Shown one piece after another: positions 30,498-39,729 of a stretch of 64,000 bases of DNA; position 1 is the stretch's first letter; each line of letters starts with the position of its first letter. Position numbers and translations under genes: made by a program. The stretch is from assembly GCA_008690995.1 (NCBI GenBank), contig VRMN01000003.1:1736001-1800000 (forward strand), in the 5' to 3' direction. The notes beneath the pieces were generated by a model. The model worked only from the letters and a program-made list of their open reading frames with translations. It made no database searches and was not told the origin of the DNA. The DNA is from Porphyridium purpureum. Lineage: Eukaryota.

Positions 30498-31472
30498 ATG
30501 GCATTTGTGAGTGTTGTGGGGGTAGCAACTCGTGCGGCGATCTTTGGTGGTGCGAGGAACAAGGCGTGGAGTGCGCAGCGCGTAAAGAACGTGTGCAGGT
30601 CGAGCAGTGCCGCGACAGTGCGAATGGAAATGAAGGTCCCGAAAGTACCGTTTCCGCAGCAAAGGTATGACAGCCTGCTGCCGAAAGAAAAGTGGGCCGC
30701 CACGTTCGGTAAGACGCTCGTTGTGGGTGGCGACAGCGGGCAAGGTCTGGAGTTTGTGCGACAGCTTGTCGCAGCCGGAGTGCATGTGATCGCGGCCTTT
30801 CGCAAGAGCGCGCCGAGCGATCAGTTGAAAGAGGTGAACCCGGCGCAGTGCATTCCTGGCGTCAACTTTCTGGAGGACAATGTGGACAAAGTGCTGAACG
30901 ACGGACTGGGCGACACAAAGGTGGATACGATGTTGATGGTAAGTGGTTACTTTACAGAGGAGGGCGCTCTCGAGGTGGTCCGCTCCGAGGAGGAGAAGAT
31001 GTACAAGATTTGTGCGATCAGCCCAACACAGATCATTACCAGCATGTTTCAGAGTGGCAAGTTTGCCAGCAACGCTCGCATTGGTATGATCACCAGCGAG
31101 GGTGGCTCCATCGGGCTGCGCACAGAGCAGGAGGGCGGGAAGAACTACGCGCACCACGGCTCCAAGGCAGCATCCAACATGGTGGTCAGGCTTCTGGGCT
31201 ACGACCTCAAGCCGCACGGCATCAGCATTGTGGGCATGCATCCGGGCTTCATTAAGACACCAATGACCGAAAAATACTCGCACTTTTACGAAGAGTTTGG
31301 CGCCGTCGAGGCCTCGGTTGCGGTTCCGTTCATGCTCCAGTGCGTGGCGGAACTGGACCTGGACCACACCGGCCGCTTTGTCGCAGCCATGGGCGCATAT
31401 GGCCTGGGCTTGGGCGCGCTGGCCATTGCGGAGCCCGAAAAACTAAAGCCAGGTGACGACCTGCCCTGGTAG
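30498..31472 (+). CDS. plastid-targeted short-chain dehydrogenase/reductase (CsgA/C-factor-like)
   Basis: MAFVSVV transit peptide; VVGGDSGQGLEFVRQL, ITSEGGSI, NYAHHGSKAASNM, MHPGFIKTPMT, TGRF...LPW. Confidence 0.85.
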   Translation: MAFVSVVGVATRAAIFGGARNKAWSAQRVKNVCRSSSAATVRMEMKVPKVPFPQQRYDSLLPKEKWAATFGKTLVVGGDSGQGLEFVRQLVAAGVHVIAAFRKSAPSDQLKEVNPAQCIPGVNFLEDNVDKVLNDGLGDTKVDTMLMVSGYFTEEGALEVVRSEEEKMYKICAISPTQIITSMFQSGKFASNARIGMITSEGGSIGLRTEQEGGKNYAHHGSKAASNMVVRLLGYDLKPHGISIVGMHPGFIKTPMTEKYSHFYEEFGAVEASVAVPFMLQCVAELDLDHTGRFVAAMGAYGLGLGALAIAEPEKLKPGDDLPW

Positions 31473-31676
31473 AACTTCCATCCAAACGAGACGTAGAGTT
31501 TGTTAAAGATTTCTTCGACACATTTCTTCGATAGCAGGTGGCGAGCACCGCTTGTGTTACATTCCGACCTAGTTTCGACAAGGCTCCGTCGGCTTTCGCG
31601 TGTGGGACGACACGCGATCCAGACACATCTGTGTCCAAGGGCTTAGATTAGCTAGGAACGTGCGTCGTGGTGGCAC

Positions 31677-33461
31677 ATGAAGCTGCCGTGGGCGCCGGGT
31701 GACATGGCATCGACATCGTCATCTTTTGCGTCGACCCCAAGGCGGTGGTCCAGACGGTTCACGTTACAGTTGTTGGTGTCAGCTGTAGCCTTGTTGACGG
31801 TGCTGGTGATGTGGTGGAGGATCCGATGGGTGCGGCACTTCATTCAATGGCGACACGTTGCGCAGCGTCTGCATGACGCGGGTGGTGCCGACGCCGGCGT
31901 CACGTGTGCGATGGTTGGGTGGAACCCGAGCTCGAGTTCAGCCCTGCATATGGAGATGAACTCTCGCGCTCTGTGTCTAGTGGGGCCGGTTTGTGAGCAA
32001 GGCACAGGGTCGAGTGGTCTGATCTTTTTTGACCGGAGGAGCAGCGCGCGTCGCGAAGGCGACCAAATACGAGGCGCGAACGATGCTGCCGACGGGCCTG
32101 TGTTTCGCTGCTTCGGTATGACCACTGATGGACAAGTTCAGTCACACGTGCAAGGCGCACCATGCGAATCGTTTTTCCATGAGCATGTTGTCAAAGCAGG
32201 CACGCATCATACCGTGCACCCGGAGTCTTGGCTGGCCGAGCAGGACCTGAGCAAAATGCACTGGGATATCCAGCATGCAAACAGCCTGGTGATGCTTGTA
32301 CCGCACTACCCGTACGTGGACAATATTTTCCACGTGGCGCGCGCGCTTCTGTTCGGACTGCACGTGGTGCTCAACAAGCAAATTGTGAACGAGTTACTTC
32401 TGGCCTCGCAACCGAACCACGTGATTACGGCAAAGTCAAGCTGGATACTTGCGCGCTGGCGCGTGCTGTTCCCCTTACCCAATTCGTGGATGATCAATCT
32501 CCATGCTTTGCTGGCAGAACTGCTGGAAGCGGTGGACGGCATGCCGCCAAGGGCGATCTCTCATAAAATCAGTTCGAGCAAGGCGCACAAGGACCCGCTC
32601 ACGTGCTATCACCGGGCGATTGTACTCGGAAAAGAGGGTGACTTTGATGCCATGATGTTTTTGAATGACTCTGCCGTGCAAACCTTGGAAGAGGCTGGGC
32701 GCGAGGCGGAAAATTACCCTTTGCTCACCAGGGACCAGCTGATCTTCAAAGCGCACGTTTACGAGACCTTGCGCACGCGCGGTGATGGGCAGCAGCTACC
32801 TAAAGTGTCGAAACTCACAGGAAACCAGTTCAGGGATGACGTCACATTGCACGTCACGCCGCCGCCGCTTTCGGTTATTTATATTTTGCGAAGTGAATTG
32901 TCGAAGCGTGTTATGCCGCCCGACATCCACGAGTCGCTTGTGCATCGTCTGGATGCGTTGTGCAAATCCAAGGGCGTCACGTTTCGGGCTGAACGCTTCG
33001 AAAAAAAATCCTTCAAGGAGCAAGTTCGAATGATGCGCTCGTCCGGACTCGTGATTGGCATCCACGGTGCGAATCTTGTGAACACGATTTTCATGCCGCC
33101 GCTTTCTGCCGTGCTGGAAATTTTCCCGTTTCATTACAAGCGCCGATATTATCTTGGCGGGAGCAACAGCGGCGTCTACTACAGTGATTGGGAGGTAACG
33201 AACGGACACATTCTACCGTGCGACCCAGGAGACGGCTCCACGCCAGCTCTCAAATGCCGGTTGGCGTATCGGAGCGTCCCGCTTAACCTTTCGACGTTTG
33301 ACTTGGACAAGGTTCTAAGCAAAGCTTCGGCGCTCCTGGACCAGCTTCTGCTTCTCCATCGCTCCGCAGCGTCATCGTTGAGTGACGAACAGCAGCTGCC
33401 CAACGCGAGCCGCTTGCTCCCGTTGACCGTTCGAGGGCGCAACTTGGTGCTTAGTAGTTAA
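31677..33461 (+). CDS. GT61 (DUF563) glycosyltransferase, type II membrane protein
   Basis: N-terminal TM; NIFH; SFKEQVRMMRSSGLVIGIHGANLVNTIFMPPLSAVLEIFP. Confidence 0.85.
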   Translation: MKLPWAPGDMASTSSSFASTPRRWSRRFTLQLLVSAVALLTVLVMWWRIRWVRHFIQWRHVAQRLHDAGGADAGVTCAMVGWNPSSSSALHMEMNSRALCLVGPVCEQGTGSSGLIFFDRRSSARREGDQIRGANDAADGPVFRCFGMTTDGQVQSHVQGAPCESFFHEHVVKAGTHHTVHPESWLAEQDLSKMHWDIQHANSLVMLVPHYPYVDNIFHVARALLFGLHVVLNKQIVNELLLASQPNHVITAKSSWILARWRVLFPLPNSWMINLHALLAELLEAVDGMPPRAISHKISSSKAHKDPLTCYHRAIVLGKEGDFDAMMFLNDSAVQTLEEAGREAENYPLLTRDQLIFKAHVYETLRTRGDGQQLPKVSKLTGNQFRDDVTLHVTPPPLSVIYILRSELSKRVMPPDIHESLVHRLDALCKSKGVTFRAERFEKKSFKEQVRMMRSSGLVIGIHGANLVNTIFMPPLSAVLEIFPFHYKRRYYLGGSNSGVYYSDWEVTNGHILPCDPGDGSTPALKCRLAYRSVPLNLSTFDLDKVLSKASALLDQLLLLHRSAASSLSDEQQLPNASRLLPLTVRGRNLVLSS

Positions 33462-33612
33462 TCATGACATTGCAATATGCATTGCGCACAACTGTACTTT
33501 GTCAAAACCTCAAAAACCAAGATTTACCGACTCCGGTGGAGGGGAAAGGTGGAGAACAAACGCTCCACGGATTCTTAGCTCTGGGCGATTCGGACAATAC
33601 TCAGGCCACGAA

Positions 33613-34689
33613 ATGTTGCGATACTTAAGGCAAGAAGGAGTATCGACATCCACTAATGGCTTTTGCGAAGGAGAAATCGCCTACAATGCCTCGTCTAACG
33701 CGACTCAAAGCGCGGTGCTCGGCCTACGCGCCGCTGAGCGTGAAATCGACGCGCTCGAGCATGACATTGACGCGCTGTGGAGTATGTCCTCGCCGTACGT
33801 GGGGATAGAAGTGATCGCGCAGGAAACTAGACCTGGTGCGGATAGCTTTGAGCCACCGCGTGCGCGGGCGGAGAAGAGGGCAGCGCTGTTGGCCCAGGTT
33901 CAGAGAGCGTCTGTAAAATTCCAGGATATATTCATTCAGCTTGAACAGGGAGTAGAAGTGCGTGTAGAGCCCAGAATCGCGGAGGCGCAAGAGCGTTTAA
34001 TGTTGTCCGAAACATTACAATGGAAACGAATAGCCATGCAAGGTATGAGCCGTTGTTTTGTCTTGGAGACGAGACTTTCGCTTGCGACAGCCGCTCTGAA
34101 TACGCTGGAACGGCTTGAGGAACTTGAGCTGCAGGTCAAGAAAATAGAGAGAAGTCTGGAGGAAGTCAAGTCCACGGACTCGCAATCGCAGGCTGACATA
34201 GTATCCATGGCTGGATTTCGCGCGTCTTTGAGCGGCGTGCTTGACCAGTTGGACCAAATGAGTCTGTATCGGACCGAGAATACGGACGATGTCGCCCGGT
34301 ATTTGGTCGCGGAGCGCAAGCGCCGGCTGGTGCGAACCGTGCTTTTCATTTTTGAAACAGAGTTGGAGAACGGGCATGTGAAACGTAGGGTCGAGGAAGC
34401 ATTTTCATTGCCCGCTGCAACGCGCAAGGACGAGGAAGAAGAGCCTATTTCGCGCACTTGCTGTATTTGCGAAGACGAGGGAATGTTGCTCTCAGCGCCT
34501 TGTCGCCATATGTGTTGCAAGGAATGCTGGCTTGAGTGGCTGTCACGGTCAAAGACCTGTCCACTATGTCGTCAGTATGTGCATCCGATGCTTCTGCAGG
34601 ATCGCTTGCGCAAGGAAGAAACGCAGGCACATGCCGACAAGGTCGACTTGCATCGGTGGCGGAAGCAAATGAAAAAAATGACCAACTAG
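33613..34689 (+). CDS. coiled-coil/BAG-like protein with C-terminal C3HC4 RING finger
   Basis: CCICED...APCRHMCCKECWLEWLSRSKTCPLCR RING; upstream helical LSGVLDQLDQM...AERKRRLVRTV. Confidence 0.8.
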   Translation: MLRYLRQEGVSTSTNGFCEGEIAYNASSNATQSAVLGLRAAEREIDALEHDIDALWSMSSPYVGIEVIAQETRPGADSFEPPRARAEKRAALLAQVQRASVKFQDIFIQLEQGVEVRVEPRIAEAQERLMLSETLQWKRIAMQGMSRCFVLETRLSLATAALNTLERLEELELQVKKIERSLEEVKSTDSQSQADIVSMAGFRASLSGVLDQLDQMSLYRTENTDDVARYLVAERKRRLVRTVLFIFETELENGHVKRRVEEAFSLPAATRKDEEEEPISRTCCICEDEGMLLSAPCRHMCCKECWLEWLSRSKTCPLCRQYVHPMLLQDRLRKEETQAHADKVDLHRWRKQMKKMTN

Positions 34690-34817
34690 CGCCAGCGGTC
34701 TCGTTATCGCACCCCTGCCTCGTTGTGCATCGCCCTTGCAAGCTGATGAGTCGTCCTCTTCTAGTGGCTGGTATTCTGTCTGCGTTGTATGGTTTTATTT
34801 TCCTGTGCGATGATCAA

Positions 34818-35850
34818 TTACGACGGAGGGAAATTTCTTAGGATCGCCGTGCACTTGATCTCGCAAATGATCTCTGGATTGGAAAAGTGGTGCACGCCAA
34901 AGCCTGTCCATGTCGGGTACGTTGGGCCGATAAAGTACTGGTCCTTAACTCGCACGAACGAATGTAATTGGTTTGGCATGTCTGTAAACCAGCTTTCGAG
35001 GTGGAAAACATCAGCAAAGTCGGCTCCAGCCGTGTGCAAGACCTGGCATCACAAAGTCCGCACCAAATATACAAAGCAATGAGCGGAGCAGGGAAGGACA
35101 AAGCCGCACGTCGAAACGAAGTATGAGTCAGTTCACGCTCAGTATAAGCCAAACGAGAGTAACGCCATGAGCAAGCGAGATACTGGCAGTAGCCAGGCCA
35201 CAAGGGCGTATCAACATGGCAAGCACCCACATTCTGCGAGACACGGAAAATAAATAGAAAAAATTGCAGGCGAATGAACCCGCCAAATGGAGATTTCGTG
35301 GCCTTGGACCATCCGCCTGCCTCACACCCGCATGTCAAAGCTAAAATGAAGCTTACCTTTTTCATATTCTCAAAAGCTTGAGCGATCTGCCGCTCCATGC
35401 CCTCCTCGGTCGGAGGTTCACCGGGCGGACCGGCTGGCACGACCATCAGATTTTCATCGCGGCCGACCTGTCCACTGACGTGCAAAATATTCCCCACACG
35501 CACCGCTGCGCAGAGAGAACCAGGAAAAAGAAAGGCAGGAGAGCTCACAGACACATGCATGACCAACTCGATGTTCAACTCGTGGTCAGTAACATTCTCC
35601 CTCACTCCATTTGAAGCAGCTTCCGCATCATCATAAACGTGGGCTAGAAGTGCGTTGCACGCAGTTCACAAGCCAGCCCCACTGGCCACTACTTGTCGAC
35701 ATAAACGCAAATGCGCACCCAACTTTTCAGATCACGACGCAACATACCTGGCGAGTACTTGAGTTTTTGGTAGATAACCTGCAGGTCGCTGGGCACAATG
35801 TCCTGGCGATACGGCACTGCGCGGCGCGGCGGAAGGCCTTGATTATCCAT
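34818..35850 (-). CDS. RidA/YjgF/UK114 superfamily protein, YjgH-like; join(complement 35748..35850, 35357..35505, 34818..35042), 158 aa
   Basis: Splicing gives YSP|AVRVGNILHVSGQVG...QIAQAFENMKK|VLHTAGADFADV...FIGPTYPTWTGFGV...EIKCTA; exons 103+149+225=477 nt in frame. Confidence 0.88.
35043..35356 (-). other. spliceosomal intron 2 of the YjgH-like gene (314 nt, phase 0)
   Basis: GTAAGC donor, GCCAG acceptor; restores FENMKK-VLHTAG. Confidence 0.85.
35506..35747 (-). other. spliceosomal intron 1 of the YjgH-like gene (242 nt, phase 1)
   Basis: GTATGT donor, CTGAC branch candidate, pyrimidine-rich tract, GCAG acceptor; restores the YSPAVRVG motif. Confidence 0.85.
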
Positions 35851-36410
35851 GGCGTTCCAGCACCACTGCAGTACGCGCGCGCGCCCAGCAACTGCGGCCC
35901 TCACCTCTACCCCTCCTTCCCTATCGCAATGTCCCGTCCCCCACCCTCCCTCACCATCCCACACGCCCAGGTCTCCCATCTTCATTCCAAGCGTGCGCGC
36001 ACACACAACTTTCAACTTACATGACTGAACACCACTGAACACCTTTTTAAGAATTGTACCTTCCCTATTTCAGTTTATCCAGTCATTCCGATCCGTTTTC
36101 CTGGAAACGACTAGGGTTCAAGTGTAAAGTAAAATGTGGTCGTTTTTACATGAGAATAAAGTGGATTAGTTTCTTTGCCGTTTTTGCTATACAAGTGCAC
36201 GCGCCTATTGAACCAGGTAAGGTGGCCTAACAAAAAAACGGCAGCTGAAGGAACATAAGAATATGTAAGCGTGTGATGATTTTCGTGGAACGTGGTGAGA
36301 TCAAGTGGGTGTGTGGATCGGTAGAGGGGAGGGTGATGTGCGGTGAGAGGAGAACGGTAAGGTGGTGTGAACTCGCAGTTCGTCTGTAGAAGGAAGAGTC
36401 TGCGAGTCTG

Positions 36411-37460
36411 ATGGCGTTCTTGGCAGCTGGTGTCTTGCACCGGCCGCAGGTCTCGGCCCTGCGCGCGGCGAAATGCGCGCCGCGAGGCGCGTACCGGCAG
36501 CTGCGCCGGACGATGACGACCGTGAAAATGGCGGATGCTGGAGAAGCCACGGGCGAGCAGGTTGCAGCCGGTCCAGTCGTGCCGGAGGGATTCAAGCCGC
36601 CGACACCAAAAACCTTCCAGGTTCGCCCGGATCAGCTGCTGAACATCGTGTCTGGAAGTGTGAGCTCGCTGGCCAGAGCGTACTCGGGCGCCGTGGTGGA
36701 CGGGTACTCGCTCTCGATCAAGAACGGGTCCCTCAGCGAGAAGTCGACCACGCTGCCGGCTGCTCGCCCTGCGCAGCCACTCGTACTCTTTGACATCGAA
36801 AGCTGTCCATTTTGCCGCAAGGTGCGAGAGGCGTTGTGCATTTTGGACCTCGAGGTCTACATCTACCCTGCGCCGCGAGGTGGCGTGCGCTTCCGACCTT
36901 TGCTGGAAGAAATGGCAGGCAAGTCGCAATTTCCATACTTGATAGATCCCAATACCGACTTTGCTGCGTACGAAAGCGACGATATTGTGACATACCTCTT
37001 CAAGACGTACGGCGACGGCTCCGTTCCGCTGGCCTTGCGCCTGGGGCCACTGACAAACATCTCGGCGAGTGTCTCGTCGGGATTGCGCGCCGGCCGCGGC
37101 ATGTCGACTCCGAGCAAAAAAGTGTTCCCGGAGAAGGCTCTGCAGCTGTGGGGGTACGAGCCTAGCCCGTTTGTCAAGATTGTTCGAGAAAAGCTTTGCG
37201 AGCTCGAACTGCCCTATCTTTTGTACAACACGGCGCGCGGCAGTCCGCAGCGCATTACGTTGAAGGAGCGAGTGGGTCGGTTTCAGGTGCCGTACCTGGA
37301 GGATGAGAACACGGGCGTCAAGATGTTTGAGAGTGCTGAGATTGTCGAGTATCTCGAAATGGTGTACGGCGACAAAGCTGCGGGCGCCACTGCCAAAGTC
37401 CCTGATGGGCTCAAGGGGGTAATGCCGAAGCTGCAATCCAGTGACAAGGCGGACAACTAG
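36411..37460 (+). CDS. plastid-targeted tandem GST N-terminal/glutaredoxin-fold protein
   Basis: MAFLAAG transit peptide; ESCPFCRKVREAL, GKSQFPYLIDPNT...YESDDIV; second domain YEPSPFVKIVREKLCELELPY...FQVPYLEDENTGVKMFESAEIVEYL. Confidence 0.88.
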   Translation: MAFLAAGVLHRPQVSALRAAKCAPRGAYRQLRRTMTTVKMADAGEATGEQVAAGPVVPEGFKPPTPKTFQVRPDQLLNIVSGSVSSLARAYSGAVVDGYSLSIKNGSLSEKSTTLPAARPAQPLVLFDIESCPFCRKVREALCILDLEVYIYPAPRGGVRFRPLLEEMAGKSQFPYLIDPNTDFAAYESDDIVTYLFKTYGDGSVPLALRLGPLTNISASVSSGLRAGRGMSTPSKKVFPEKALQLWGYEPSPFVKIVREKLCELELPYLLYNTARGSPQRITLKERVGRFQVPYLEDENTGVKMFESAEIVEYLEMVYGDKAAGATAKVPDGLKGVMPKLQSSDKADN

Positions 37461-37624
37461 CAAAGACAGCTTTATCCAATTGAAGTGCGAGAGGAATTGC
37501 GGAAAGCCCGAGAAGTTTGACAGTGAAGAATTTCTGACACGCGTACGTACAACAACAAAAAAATATTTACTCACAAAGCTTTTCGCTCGTAGCGCACAAA
37601 CCTGCCTGTTCACGTTCTTCAGGA

Positions 37625-38305
37625 TCACAAATCAGAAGTCATCAAGTCGGCCGGAATCTTAATAGACTCGCCTGGTTGGAATGGCGGCATGCCCAGATAC
37701 GGGCACCCCGCACACCGAAATCCGTCGCCCAAGTAACAATTGCCGCATGAGCTCTTTGCGGGTACAGCGGGTTGCGCAGCAGTGCTTTCAGTGCTGGCCA
37801 ACTGTTCCGCCAGCCCACAGGAGCAGTCCTTGCACGCTTTGCGACCGGCTCCTGTGGCCTTACTTGCGTCGTCCCCGCATCCTAGTGCTTTCAATTCACC
37901 CCCTGCTTCCTTCAGCACCTCCGAGGGAATGATATCTTCTTCATCAACGAGCTCGTCCTCTCCGTCATCGTCGTCGCCCCACTGCAAGGGTACCACAGCA
38001 GCGGCATTGAATTCTGGACGCTTTGCCAGGACCGCAACGCCGTCGCCGTGCTCCGCGACCTCCACGCCCACGAAGCCCGCGAGGACCAGCTGATCTACAA
38101 GCTTCCCGCGCAGCATCTCCGGCGCCCGCGCGCCGCTGCTGTCATTGTCCACGACGAGGCGCAACGCGCCGCGCGGCGTCAGGCTGTTTAGCAAAACGGC
38201 CGCCTTGTCTGCGTCTACCAGACTTGCGTTCTCCCACGCCCCAAGCCGCACCTCCACGCTCTCCTGGCTCCCCGCCACCAACTTTAACGCAGCGTCCAGC
38301 TCCAT
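37625..38305 (-). CDS. DRE2: anamorsin/Dre2/CIAPIN1 (cytosolic Fe-S assembly)
   Basis: [13 protein letters not shown] and [30 protein letters not shown]e-S motifs; LVLAGFV; acidic linker. Confidence 0.93.
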   Translation of the reverse strand: MELDAALKLVAGSQESVEVRLGAWENASLVDADKAAVLLNSLTPRGALRLVVDNDSSGARAPEMLRGKLVDQLVLAGFVGVEVAEHGDGVAVLAKRPEFNAAAVVPLQWGDDDDGEDELVDEEDIIPSEVLKEAGGELKALGCGDDASKATGAGRKACKDCSCGLAEQLASTESTAAQPAVPAKSSCGNCYLGDGFRCAGCPYLGMPPFQPGESIKIPADLMTSDL

Positions 38306-38697
38306 CTCTGCCCGACTCCACCTTCCTTCCCTCCCGCCTCTTCACTCCTCACCGCACCCCCTGAAGTCTCCTGCCGCGCAACGCCGGCTCGTTCTTCTCC
38401 TTTTTATGCTAGTCATGTCGCGCTGTACCGCTCTAACTGTACTTCTGGAGTCCTTTGTGTACTGTGGGTGTACATGTGTGTGTTTTTATAAGGGACGAGA
38501 ATCGCTGAAATCGTTTTGTGCAGGGATAAGAAGATGATCGCGATGGCGACATGCTGGCACGGTATGTTTGTAGGTAGATGAGTCGATTTGATAGGAATGA
38601 TGATGGCGTAAGTTTAAAAAGTCTGCGCGGGGAAGAAGAGTTCGGACTTCGAGAGGGAGAGAGGAACTTGTCTTGAAGGTGGGAAGAGGAAAAGAGA

Positions 38698-38700
<3 letters not shown>

Positions 38701-38759
<59 letters not shown>

Positions 38760-38778
38760 TGTGGGTGTGGGTGTGGGT
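38701..38778 (+). repeat. (GT)27 microsatellite followed by GTGTGG-type units
   Basis: Direct reading; ends 4 nt before the RPN11 ATG. Confidence 0.95.
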
Positions 38779-38782
38779 GAGA

Positions 38783-39715
38783 ATGGAGAGGTTGCAGAGA
38801 TTGTTGGGAGCGACCTCGCAAGGGGGAGCGCAGGCGGATGGTCCGCTGATAGACACGGCGGAGACGGTGTACATTTCATCGCTGGCGCTGCTCAAGATGC
38901 TGCGGCACGGCAGAGCCGGCGTGCCGTTTGAAGTGATGGGGCTCATGCTCGGCGATTTCGTGGACGATTTCACCGTCAAGGTGGTGGACGTATTTGCCAT
39001 GCCGCAGTCGGGCACGGGCGTGAGCGTGGAGGCCGTCGATCCCGTCTTCCAGACAAAAATGCTCGACATGCTCAAGCAGACGGGGCGCCCGGAAATGGTG
39101 GTCGGGTGGTACCACTCCCACCCAGGGTTTGGATGCTGGCTTTCAGGCGTCGACATCCACACGCAGCAGTCGTTTGAAGCCCTCAACCAGCGTGCGGTCG
39201 CCGTGGTCGTTGATCCCATCCAGAGCGTCAAGGGTAAAGTCGTCATCGACGCGTTCCGGCTCATCAATCCGCAGATGATGGTGCTGGGGCATGAACCGCG
39301 CCAAACGACCTCGGTCGTCGGGCATCTCAACAAGCCTTCCATTCAAGCCCTCATTCACGGCCTGAATCGGCACTACTACTCCATCGCGATCGCGTACCGC
39401 AAGAACGAGTTGGAGGAGCACATGCTGCTGAACTTGCACAAGAAGAAGTGGAGTGACTCGCTAGCCATGATGGATTTTGACGATCACAGCAGAATGAACG
39501 AGGAGACCATGGCGCGGATGCTCGAACTTGCAAAGACCTATGAAAAGGCAGTCCAGGAAGAGCAGAAAATGACCAAGGATGAGCTCGCGATAGCTCGCGT
39601 TGGCAAGCTAGACTCCAAAAAGCACTTGGAGGAAGACATTTCGCACCTTATGGGTTTGAACATCAATCAGTGCCTTGGCAGCTTGCTGGACAGCGTCATC
39701 TTCCGCCAAACTTAA
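38783..39715 (+). CDS. RPN11: 26S proteasome lid deubiquitinase RPN11/PSMD14
   Basis: [50 protein letters not shown] (JAMM motif), [17 protein letters not shown]. Confidence 0.96.
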   Translation: MERLQRLLGATSQGGAQADGPLIDTAETVYISSLALLKMLRHGRAGVPFEVMGLMLGDFVDDFTVKVVDVFAMPQSGTGVSVEAVDPVFQTKMLDMLKQTGRPEMVVGWYHSHPGFGCWLSGVDIHTQQSFEALNQRAVAVVVDPIQSVKGKVVIDAFRLINPQMMVLGHEPRQTTSVVGHLNKPSIQALIHGLNRHYYSIAIAYRKNELEEHMLLNLHKKKWSDSLAMMDFDDHSRMNEETMARMLELAKTYEKAVQEEQKMTKDELAIARVGKLDSKKHLEEDISHLMGLNINQCLGSLLDSVIFRQT

Positions 39716-39729
39716 TAAATAAGCCAGCA

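Noticed and set aside
30201..31367. 388-aa minus-strand ORF
   Set aside because: Shadow of the SDR gene.
36111..37628. 505-aa minus-strand ORF
   Set aside because: Antisense shadow of the GST/glutaredoxin-fold gene; no motifs, and expected from GC-rich codon usage.
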